Part shown: positions 34,606 through 44,068 of the stretch, piece after piece
Position numbering within the stretch: the stretch's first letter is position 1
How the letters are laid out: each line of letters starts with the position of its first letter
From: Marsupella aquatica
Taxonomy: Eukaryota; Plantae; Marchantiophyta
Length of the DNA stretch: 64,000 nt
Assembly: GCA_973895155.1 (NCBI GenBank)
Contig: OZ316897.1
Span: forward strand, 12,237,832 to 12,301,831
Direction of reading: 5' to 3'
Position numbers and translations under genes: made by a program
Notes under the pieces: model-generated
Seen by the model: only the letters and a program-made list of their open reading frames with translations
What the model was told of the DNA's origin: nothing
Database searches by the model: none

Positions 34606-37600
34606 TTACATGTCGTTAACCAGATTAGACTTCCTGAACTTCTGATGACAGTCGGTGCAGATCCAAACAACACCATGGAGAGAACCATCGTTGTATGCCA
34701 AACACACCTTTCGAAGTCCTAACTTCTCCTCGTAGGCCTCTGCTGTCAATTTTCCTACTAAATTAGTGATGGCTGCTCTACTCTTTCCATACAAATCCTG
34801 AGGGTTCAAAGGGGGACCAGTAGGATCAAGTCCCATGCCCTCAGTCATCAGCTTATTTAATTCTGGCATTGAGTACTCGGTGGCCCAGACGATTCCATCT
34901 AACACTGATTTTCCTTGCTGTACTTGCTGGAAGTCGGGCAGTAGCAAACCCGCCCCAGGGGCTACGACATTCGCTGCAATTTTTGCAGAGATTAAGAGAA
35001 CTGTGAGCGACACTTTGAGCCACGGGACAAGTGTTTTCAGGGCCGGCTTGAGGTCTGAAACAACCAGGCCCAGCTGGTCCTTGACTTGATGCGGTGTGTA
35101 ACTATTGTACCTGGCCTCACATGCAAATTGCAAACGAACATCGACACTTGGTGACAAAGCCTCCTTCAATGTAGCCCTTACACCAGAATCTCGTTTCCCC
35201 AAATAGATGAGGTTTGGGCAGGTTCTGTCCTTGTCTTCTTTCAGAAATCTGTCAGTGTCTTGAAGCTTCCGAAACATCCTTATCTGCTCCTTCAAAACCT
35301 CTGCAAATCCCTCCACAAGCATCCTTTCAACATTCTTCACCTGCTTGTAGATGTTATCCTGATTGTTCATAATCTTATCCAGCTTCTCATTCATATTGTG
35401 CAGCTTCCTGTTAACAGTTGATAATCTTTGCATCTTCTCGGCAGTTGGGCTTGTAGGTGGATTCGCCATTTCAATGCCATCCGATGCCAGTGCCGGCTCC
35501 TCCACCTTGTCCCCGTCTGTTGAGATATCCGACTCCTCAGTTAACTCGGGTGGATAGATTCCTAGGGTGACAGCTTCCCGTAATCCTTGCCTCAAAACAT
35601 TCAGGTCGTTCTTTGCTGACATAATCACATACTTTTTGTCCTTTGTGGACAGCAGCTGATCTTCTGTTATTGCAGAATCATAGCTGACACGCCACTGCAT
35701 TTTTCTTCCCATGCCATGCACTTGCACGCACTTCTTCACTTCAGCCACTTCCACATTTCTGTGCTTCATGTACCCTTCTTGTCTAGACTGGGAAACCGGC
35801 CAAGGCCAAACCACTTTCTGCACGTACCGAACCCCTCCACAAATCTCATTCCACAGGTCCAGCAGTATATTGACAAGATCATCAGCCAGGTTCACTTGGC
35901 AATTTTTCCGTTGTATAACATCCATCTCGTCTTTCCTGAATTGCGGCTTCACCAAAATGCTGATCTCATCAAATGTGGGAGAGTACTTTTCGGTGTTAAC
36001 CTCAATCCTTACGTTCATGTAATCCACTGTGAACGTCATGAAATACTTACCAGCAACAAAGTCATTGTCTAGGACATTTCCATTATTGAACTCTGGGCTC
36101 TGAGCAAGCTGAACCTGAAATCTATGCCACAAGGACATTGGTGCTAGAGTCATCTCCTTTTGCTGGTGCTGAATAGAGAAACCCATCACCCACTGCTCCT
36201 CTCCATCATCATGTTTGCTCCTAGACTGCCACCCATCTTCAGGATCCAAATTCCCATCAATAAGAGACGGTATAAACAGTCTGTCGCCCTTGCCCTTGTA
36301 GCACAATCCCAACCATAGCAAGATAGCAATCAGATCTTCACAATCTTTGAGACCCCACCTAGCTTCAAAGAACTCCTTGAATGCATCCATTGAAATAGAA
36401 CCTGTGGTTGCATCCAGTTTTCTTCTAAAGATATGGTCGCCCTTTGTAAGCTTGACCATATCTTCAGAAAGGAACATATTTCCTATAATTTCCTTGTAGA
36501 ACCAGTTCGGATTGAGGATAATAAGCTTTGGAGAAGGGATACCCCATTGAGCAGGAAAGCTCTTGTCAACGTTTATCAGGACTCCAGCTTGGTCCAGATA
36601 TTTAGTTGCTGATAAAATTGCTTCGTGAGGCCAGTTCTCACGTAATTGCTCAACCTTCTCCACAAATTCGTCCCAACCTAGCACAGGGAACTCCTTCCTG
36701 GCCTCACTCCAAATCGGAAGCCTTTGTTGAATGACATCACAGATCTCGGGAACAATCTGTTCTTTAAGCAATGTTCTGGAATGTTCTAAGAGACATGTTT
36801 TAAAACCATTGACTTTCCCTCTTCTCCGAACATCCACTATAAAAAGATCAGAACGAACATCCAAAAGGCCAGTAAACTTTTTCCTCTTTTCCTTTAGCAG
36901 CACCTCCCAATCTTGGCTGTTTCTCTGTACCTGTTTATGTCCTCCCATGTTGTTCAGGACAACAAAGACATGTCGGGTTTGTCTGGTGGCCTCGTGGTAG
37001 CTCGATGCAATGTAACGTAACCAGTAATCAAGCTGTTTGTCGACCTCATTTGGTGGACAGCTGGAATTGCAGACAATGACAAATATGGTAGCTGCTCCTT
37101 GAGAGATGGTAGAGTTCCCATCTGAGAAACTTAGAGCGGGGAAGAAAGCATTGTGCACCAAATGATAATCTTCCTGTCCCGCCATGTCCCAAACCTGCAG
37201 TGTTATTGGGTTTTGATTTTTCCTCTTGCTATCTTTGCTGCCGATTTTGGAGACATCAATGCCTCTTGTGCGGGCCTCCACGTGAGGCCTCCTTTCCCAT
37301 GTCCCTAGTGATCGCCAAAGTGTCCTCTTCAATGTATGACAAAGTGTTGTCTTCCCCACATTTGGATCTCCGCATAGATAAATCTTTCCAAAGGCAGCTG
37401 GGACCATGGAAGAGCCCGAGAGCCCCGCTAAAATATCCTTGTATCTGATATTGCGCTTCCTTAGTTGCTCATATTGGCGTTTCAATGTAAACATGAACCG
37501 CTCAAAGTGTATGTCGACAGTGAGAGACTTGTTTAGGGCGAATACAGACAATAAAGCAGTGTCGCCTTCTTCAGAAGAGTATAAATTTCGTACATAAAGG

Positions 37601-38013
37601 TTCTCCAGTGAATCAAGGCGACCAGATTCAAGGGCCGCGACTAACGACATCAGGCCCACATCTGTGAAACGATTGTCATCAAGAGACAACGCTTGTAAAT
37701 TTGGCATGACGGTGCCGTCGCCATATTGGAAGGCGGTTGCCAGCGTATCCATGTCATCGTCATTGATGTCAGTCCCACTGAGCCAGAGAGTGGTCAACTT
37801 CTCCAAATTACAGGATTGAATTGCACGTCCAAGAGCTGCGACGGCTTTGGTTCCTACCGCGTTCTCACCAAAGTCAAGTGTCCTCAAAGATGGGAATTTT
37901 GCTGAAGCCAGTGCATTGCTGATTGCCTCACTACGATCGTCCTCTAACCTGGTATGCACAAGCGACAAACTTGTTAGAAACTCGGGGGTCTCACTGTATG
38001 GATGTCTCCCCAT
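34606..38013 (-). CDS. Potential N-terminally replaced Roco protein (1135 aa) starting at a MITE-derived ATG
   Basis: ORF track 34606..38016. The ATG at 38013 lies inside the MITE, giving MGRHPYSETPEFLT fused to SLSLVHTR.... Expression is unknown. Confidence 0.4.
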   Translation of the reverse strand: MGRHPYSETPEFLTSLSLVHTRLEDDRSEAISNALASAKFPSLRTLDFGENAVGTKAVAALGRAIQSCNLEKLTTLWLSGTDINDDDMDTLATAFQYGDGTVMPNLQALSLDDNRFTDVGLMSLVAALESGRLDSLENLYVRNLYSSEEGDTALLSVFALNKSLTVDIHFERFMFTLKRQYEQLRKRNIRYKDILAGLSGSSMVPAAFGKIYLCGDPNVGKTTLCHTLKRTLWRSLGTWERRPHVEARTRGIDVSKIGSKDSKRKNQNPITLQVWDMAGQEDYHLVHNAFFPALSFSDGNSTISQGAATIFVIVCNSSCPPNEVDKQLDYWLRYIASSYHEATRQTRHVFVVLNNMGGHKQVQRNSQDWEVLLKEKRKKFTGLLDVRSDLFIVDVRRRGKVNGFKTCLLEHSRTLLKEQIVPEICDVIQQRLPIWSEARKEFPVLGWDEFVEKVEQLRENWPHEAILSATKYLDQAGVLINVDKSFPAQWGIPSPKLIILNPNWFYKEIIGNMFLSEDMVKLTKGDHIFRRKLDATTGSISMDAFKEFFEARWGLKDCEDLIAILLWLGLCYKGKGDRLFIPSLIDGNLDPEDGWQSRSKHDDGEEQWVMGFSIQHQQKEMTLAPMSLWHRFQVQLAQSPEFNNGNVLDNDFVAGKYFMTFTVDYMNVRIEVNTEKYSPTFDEISILVKPQFRKDEMDVIQRKNCQVNLADDLVNILLDLWNEICGGVRYVQKVVWPWPVSQSRQEGYMKHRNVEVAEVKKCVQVHGMGRKMQWRVSYDSAITEDQLLSTKDKKYVIMSAKNDLNVLRQGLREAVTLGIYPPELTEESDISTDGDKVEEPALASDGIEMANPPTSPTAEKMQRLSTVNRKLHNMNEKLDKIMNNQDNIYKQVKNVERMLVEGFAEVLKEQIRMFRKLQDTDRFLKEDKDRTCPNLIYLGKRDSGVRATLKEALSPSVDVRLQFACEARYNSYTPHQVKDQLGLVVSDLKPALKTLVPWLKVSLTVLLISAKIAANVVAPGAGLLLPDFQQVQQGKSVLDGIVWATEYSMPELNKLMTEGMGLDPTGPPLNPQDLYGKSRAAITNLVGKLTAEAYEEKLGLRKVCLAYNDGSLHGVVWICTDCHQKFRKSNLVNDM

Positions 38014-38277
38014 CACCTGCGACGTTTTTAGGCCTCGGACCCCCTAAAATGTAAGAATTTTTTTTATTTTTTTGACCCCTATAAAGTTGGAATATTCTTA
38101 GAATATTCTCAAATTTTGGTTATAAAGACCCTAACGTTCTTATAAGTACCAAAATTGGATTTAAAAGACCCTATTGTTCTTCTCAGAAAATTCTTAAGTC
38201 TTCCCTTCGAACCAATAAAATGACCCTATACTTCGTCGCACGTGATATGCCATTTTTGTGGAAGTGAAACCCCCGAG
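37981..38277. mobile_element. 297-bp MITE (TIR CTCGGGGG..TCACT, 8-bp TSD) inserted 9 bp inside the 5' LTR of Copia-B
   Basis: ctcgggggtctcact ... agtgaaacccccgag, with TSD GTTAGAAA (37973..37980, 38278..38285). Absent from the 3' LTR. Confidence 0.92.
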
Positions 38278-38770
38278 GTTAGAAACTGCGTTGTACTCGT
38301 GACGTGACATTAAGGGAGTAATAGACCACTCGCTGTCCTTAGTACTATGAGCTTGACAAGAGCGCATTATGCGCTCCCCACTTACGGTAGTAAATACAGT
38401 AGGTGCGCCCCATGCGCTCCCCACTCTGCTTAGTTAGCGGTGTCTCTTATTACTAGTAGGTCTAGGTTAGTAGCCCAGTCCGTCGATCTCCCTTGATCTG
38501 CGATCTCCTCTCTCTACTTATATGGCCCTCCGCTGCATCTTCAGTATTCAGTCTACTTACGATAGATTCCAACATGGTATCAGAGCCAGGGCTCTGAAAG
38601 ATTAGCTACATCTTCGTAATCTGAGATTAGAACGATAGTGCAGTCATCAGGTAGAAAGTGTCCCTGATTAGCGCACTCTTTAGACAGCTCCTCGTGTAGA
38701 AACGAGATACGTGTAACTACAGTCTGAGTGAGAATTCCTCAAACTGCACTTACACCATCGGTAATCCCAG

Positions 38771-41700
38771 ATGGACCTACTTAGATTATTCTCAGAGAGC
38801 GACAAGCTCGATGGCTCTGTGAATCACATGACTTGGACCATAGTGGTCAAGAATCTCTTGCGAAGAGATGAACTATTTGATGAGCTGAACTTTGGCGTGA
38901 AGCCAGACGCCAATGGTGACATTGTTGACGGAGGTCAGCACCTGACGGCAGCTGAAAAGCAGAAGAAGAAGGTTCGGGCAACTTCAATCTTGGCAGCTAC
39001 AGTCAAGTCCAAGTTCCTGCCCACTATTGACCGATACAATGCTGACCCTGCCAAATGCTGGGCACACTTTCAGCAACGATTCGGAGGCAATCTTCTTCAG
39101 CGACAGTTACTGTTGGAGCAGAAGCTTCAAAGCGTCACCATGAGCAATGGTGGCTCGGTTGAAACGTACATCAACATTGTTAACGAGCTTGCTGGTCACT
39201 TGTCCAGCATCAATGCCGAGACCGATGAGACTCGCCTAATACACATCGTACTTAAAGGGCTCCCAAGTTCCTGGGGTCCCTTTGTCTCTATGTTTGCAGC
39301 TGATCTGTCTCGCACTCCAAAGCCAACCTACTCCAGTCTGGTTGAACGCCTCCAGGCTGAAGAGTATTGGAAGAAGGGGAAGCAGATCGAGGTGACGGAG
39401 GAAGCAATGGCTGTTACACGTCACTTTGGTCGAGGTCGGGGACGCTTTCAGCCACGAAACGATGGCTACAATCAGCCACGAGGAAACGGCAACTTTGGCA
39501 ACTTTCATAATCCACGTCCAAATCCTGCTGGACGTGGCAAGAGGCTCGGGAACTGCAACTATTGCAGCAAGGTAGGTCACTGGGAAGCTGATTGTGACCT
39601 TAAGAAACTAGATGATCAGATTGCTGACCTACAGTTGAAAGCTGCAGGCATTCGCAGGTTCCGTCCCCAGGCCAACATTGCTGAGCTCCTCCCTGAGGCA
39701 GAGGTCGACGAAGAAGACCAGATTGAGTTTGCCACTGACGAAGGCGAACCTATCGAGATCAACTTCACTGAGATCAATGCTCAGCGTAGCTCTAGCGAAT
39801 GGATTTTAGACTCCGGTGCAAGTACTCATGTGAGCGGTGATAATGTTGTGTTCCACAATATCACCCCAGGTGCCCGCTCTGATTCTGTAACCACTGCCAA
39901 TGGCACTCAGCTTCCCGTAGCTGGCCAGGGCAGTGTCTCCGTTGATGAGAATAAAGTTGTCTCCAATGTTTTGTACGTCCCGGGTCTGAAACGTAATCTT
40001 CTATCCATCGGAAATCTAACAGATGCAGGACACCTTATTCTCTTCAATTCTAAGTCCTGTTTCATCTTTGACAAAGATAATCCACGGAAGGTCTTCCTCC
40101 ACGGCACCAGAGATCCTCGGAACAAGCTTTATAAGCTTTGTCAACGACTTCCTATTCTCACTCCTCCCTATTCACCATTACGTGTACAGCTTCGATCAAC
40201 TCCTGCACTGGTTACTGAGGTCTCAACTCCTGATCATGCTGCACCAGTCTCGACCACTGCTACATCGACTTCCGATCAAGTCGAACTCTGACATCGACGC
40301 TTAAGTCACGTCAATTACCAGATGGTACACCATATGTCTAAGGGCTCCTTAGTTACTGGTATTCCGCTGCTACCACGAGTCAAACGAGTTTGCCATACCT
40401 GCACACTTGGCAAACATCATCGAGAGAAGATTCCAAAACATTCCATGACTCGCACTTGTCGCCCTTTGGAACTTATTCACACTGATCTATGTGGACCAGT
40501 CCGAGGTCCTGCCCCTTCCAAGTATATCCTAACCTTCATCGATGATTTTTCCCGTTTCACGTGGGTTTATTTCTTATCCAGAAAAAGTGAGACATTTGAT
40601 ATCTTTAAGGAATTTTGAATTATGGTTGAGAATAAATTCTCCCACAAGCTAAGTTGTCTCCGCTCTGACCGTGGTGGAGAATACATGTCTACCGAGTTCC
40701 TTGAGTTTTGCAGAGAAAATGGCATTCGACGACAATTGACTGTGGCTAATGCCCCTCATCAAAACGGGGTGGCTGAACGGAAAAATCGCACACTTCTTGA
40801 AGGCGCTCGCAGTATTCTCATTGGTTCACACACCCCTCTCTCACTTTGGACTGAGAGCATCCGCACGGCCAACTATATTCAAAATCGTTCAGGCACGAAG
40901 GCCCTCCGTCAGACTACTCCGTTCGAAGCTCTTCATGGTACTAAGCCTGACCTTGGGCACCTTCGCGTGATTGGCTGCACGGCATACGTGCTTCTTCCAG
41001 ACTCACTATGCTCCAAATTAAGTGCTAAGTCTATCCCTACTTTATTTCTTGGTTATGATGAGGAGTCCAAGGCTTATCGATGCTACGACACCGTGCGCCA
41101 CAGAATTCTCATTTCCAAAGATGTTATTTTTGATGAGAATACGATGTGCATCCCTTCCACAGTTCGTTCCTCTGCTGCTGATTTTTTCACCAGACTTCTC
41201 TCAACTTCAGATCTCGGGGGGGTCACTTCCACGGAAGTGACACATCACGTGCGACGAAGTATAGGCCCATTTAAATGGGTGTGGCGGAAGACTTCCAAAG
41301 TTTGGTGGAAGAACACATAGGGCATGTTTTATTGATTGGTCGACTTTAAAGAACACATAGGCCTATTTAATTGCAAAAAATACTTTCTATAAAGTTTTTA
41401 GGGGTTTTTTAATAAAAAATGACAAAATTTTAAGAAAGAAAGGGTTTTGCAAAAAAATATTTTTCACTTTAAAGTTAGGGGGGTCAAACCCTAAAACGTC
41501 GCACGCGATGTATGACCCTCCATATAGTGACCCCCCCGAGCTTCAGATGAGGATCCTCTCGACCAACAACATCGACCTGGGCCTCTCGTCCCAGAGGGGG
41601 AAATTCTTCCTGGACCCGAGCAAGTCCAGCATGGCATCGTGGACCAGGCCAACATCATACCTGCTGATGCTGCTCAACCTGAGCCCGCTACGCCAAATAT

Positions 41701-43453
41701 TCAGCCCAACATTCCAGCAGTTCCTCCTCCACCTCGGCCGGCTGCCACTCGACATTCTCTAAGAGCTCATCGACCACCACCTTGGCACGATGACTACGAT
41801 ATGAGCACCAACTTAGTTGAATCTGCTAGTCCAGAATGTGAGCAGCTATCTCCAGAGGAGGCTCTCAAACATCCTGGCTGGAAAAAGGCTATGGAAGAAG
41901 AGATTGCATCTCTCCTGAATATGGGGACTTGGGAACTTGTGTACCTCCCCGCTGGCAGAAGAGCTCTTACAGCCAAATGGGTCTTTCGGGCCAAACCCGA
42001 CTCCACCCGGTTCCGTCTCAAAGCAAGGTTAGTTGCTCGTGGATTTGAGCAAAAATTTGGTGTAGACTATAATGAAACCTTTGCTCCTGTAGTTAAATGG
42101 TCAACATTGCGCACCATCATTGCCTTAGCTGTTGCCAACGGATGGCCTCTCCATCACATGGACGTTGTCACCGCCTTCCTGAATGGCACCCTTACGGAAG
42201 AAATTTATATGCACCAACCACAGGGTTTTGTCATTCCTGGCAAAGAAGGCATGGTCTGCAAACTACGACGGTCCCTTTACGGATTAAAACAATCCCCCCG
42301 GGCATGGTATGAAGAAATTGACTCTCACTTAAGATCTACCGGATGGACTCGGAGCCTTGCTGACCCAAATCTCTACTTTCGACACCAAGATGGTCAGCTA
42401 GTTATCATCATGCTCTACGTTGATGATCTACTTATCACCGGTAGCTGCTCAGATCAAATTGCTACAGTCAAGGCTCACCTTCATCAAAAGTATCATATGA
42501 AGGACTTAGGCCTGGCACAAAAGTATCTTGGAGTCGAATTTCTTCCCACCCCATCTGGAATGATTCTTCACCAGACGGCTTACTGTGAACAACTTGTTCA
42601 GGAATTTGGCATGCAGGACTCCAAACATGAGCATATTCCGCTCCCAGAAGGACACGTTCTTACTTGTGACACTAGCACGCCCTCTGTGGATGTCACTGAT
42701 TATTGTCATGCTGTTGGCAAGTTAATATTTCTCACCCATACTCGACCCGACATCGCATACGCTGTGGGGATTGTCAGCCGCTATATGTCTTGTCCACAAC
42801 AACGTCACTGGGAATCCGTCAAGCATATTCTTCGTTACCTAAAGGAGACTACCAATTTTGGCATTCAATTTCAGCGCTCTAATACGTCTCTTCTTCAAGG
42901 CTTCACGGATGCTGACTTTCTAGGCTGTCCTGATACTCGTCGCTCCCGAGGTGCCTACCTCATTCAGCTTGCCAATGGACCTATCTCCTGGTCCAGCAAA
43001 CTCCAAACCACTGTATCGGATAGCACTACTGAAGCGGAATACAAAGCGTTATCTGAGGGCACCAAGGAGGCTGTTTATGTGCGACGACTCCTTCTGGAAC
43101 TTAATGATACCTCGGCTATTAAGGTCCCTATTGGTATTTCAAATCCAACCATCCAGGGCAATCTTGCTCAGGCCTCTACTCCTACTTCTTTAGACGTTCA
43201 TTTACATTGTGACAATCAGGGCTCTATCAAGCTGGCCAAAAATCCTGTGTTCCATGCACGCACCAAGCACATCGAAGGAAAGCATCATTTCGTGCGCGAA
43301 AGAGTGCTAGAGGGGGAAGTTACTCTGTCTTACATTAACACAGCTGATAATCCCGCAGATTTACTCACGAAACCTCTTTCGAGACACAAATTCGAAAAAC
43401 ATCGACAATTTATTGGGGTCACTTCGATTTCAGAAGTAGATGTTCAATCCTAG
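38771..43453 (+). pseudogene. Copia-B gag-pol, one reading frame broken by TGA at 40289 and 40616 and by a MITE at 41213..41540
   Basis: ORFs at 38771, 40322, 40622 and 41639 are all in the same frame. Motifs CNYCSKVGHWEADC, WILDSGAS, L*HRRLSH, SDRGGEY, LYVDDLL, ADLLTK. Confidence 0.92.
41213..41540. mobile_element. 328-bp MITE, same family as 37981..38277, in opposite orientation
   Basis: ctcgggggggtcact ... agtgacccccccgag, with TSD CTTCAGAT (41205..41212, 41541..41548). Shares the internal catcacgtgcgacgaagtatagg motif. Confidence 0.92.
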
Positions 43454-43775
43454 TATTGCTGAAATCGATCAGCTCTACCTCCTGTAAAGTCTTATAACGC
43501 CTCACCACTACTCTCCTCCACCAGCTGCATCGACTCACCCGCCACTACTGACAACAAACTACCGGCTCTACCGGCTCTACTGGCTCTTGCATCAATGGAA
43601 TCCACCGTGCCATTATCCGGCAACCGATGTGCAGCACAGTAAAGGCATACCCAAGCATCTCGCAGCTTGCACTGAGACACACTATCAAGATGCCAATGAA
43701 CGACATTTTTTCTCTCTCATCTCGCCGCACTCCGCCTTCTGCACTCTGTTCCTCCCTTACTCACTCGAGAGGGGG

Positions 43776-44068
43776 TGTTAGAAACTGCGCTGTACTCGTG
43801 ACATTAAGGGAGTAATAGACCACTCGCTGTCCTTAGTACTATGAGCTTGATAGGAGCGCATTATGCGCTCCCCACTTACGGTAGTAAATACAGTAGGTGC
43901 GCCCCATGCGCTCCCCACTCTGCTTAGTTAGCGGTGTCTCTTATTACTAGTAGGTCTAGGTTAGTAGCCCAGTCCGTCGATCTCCCTTGATCTGCGATCT
44001 CCTCTCTCTACTTATATGGCCCTCCGCTGCATCTTCAGTATTCAGTCTACTTACGATAGATTCCAACA
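43776..44068 (+). repeat. 3' LTR of Copia-B (293 bp)
   Basis: Differs from the MITE-free 5' LTR by about 3 substitutions and a 5-bp duplication. Confidence 0.95.

Larger units (their letters stand above)
37972..44068 (+). mobile_element. Full-length but inactivated Ty1/copia element (Copia-B) inserted antisense in Roco copy 3
   Basis: LTRs at 37972..38574 (containing a MITE) and 43776..44068, TG..CA. TSD AAACT (37967..37971, 44069..44073). PBS TGGTATCAGAGC at 38575..38586 and PPT gagaggggg at 43767..43775. Confidence 0.96.
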
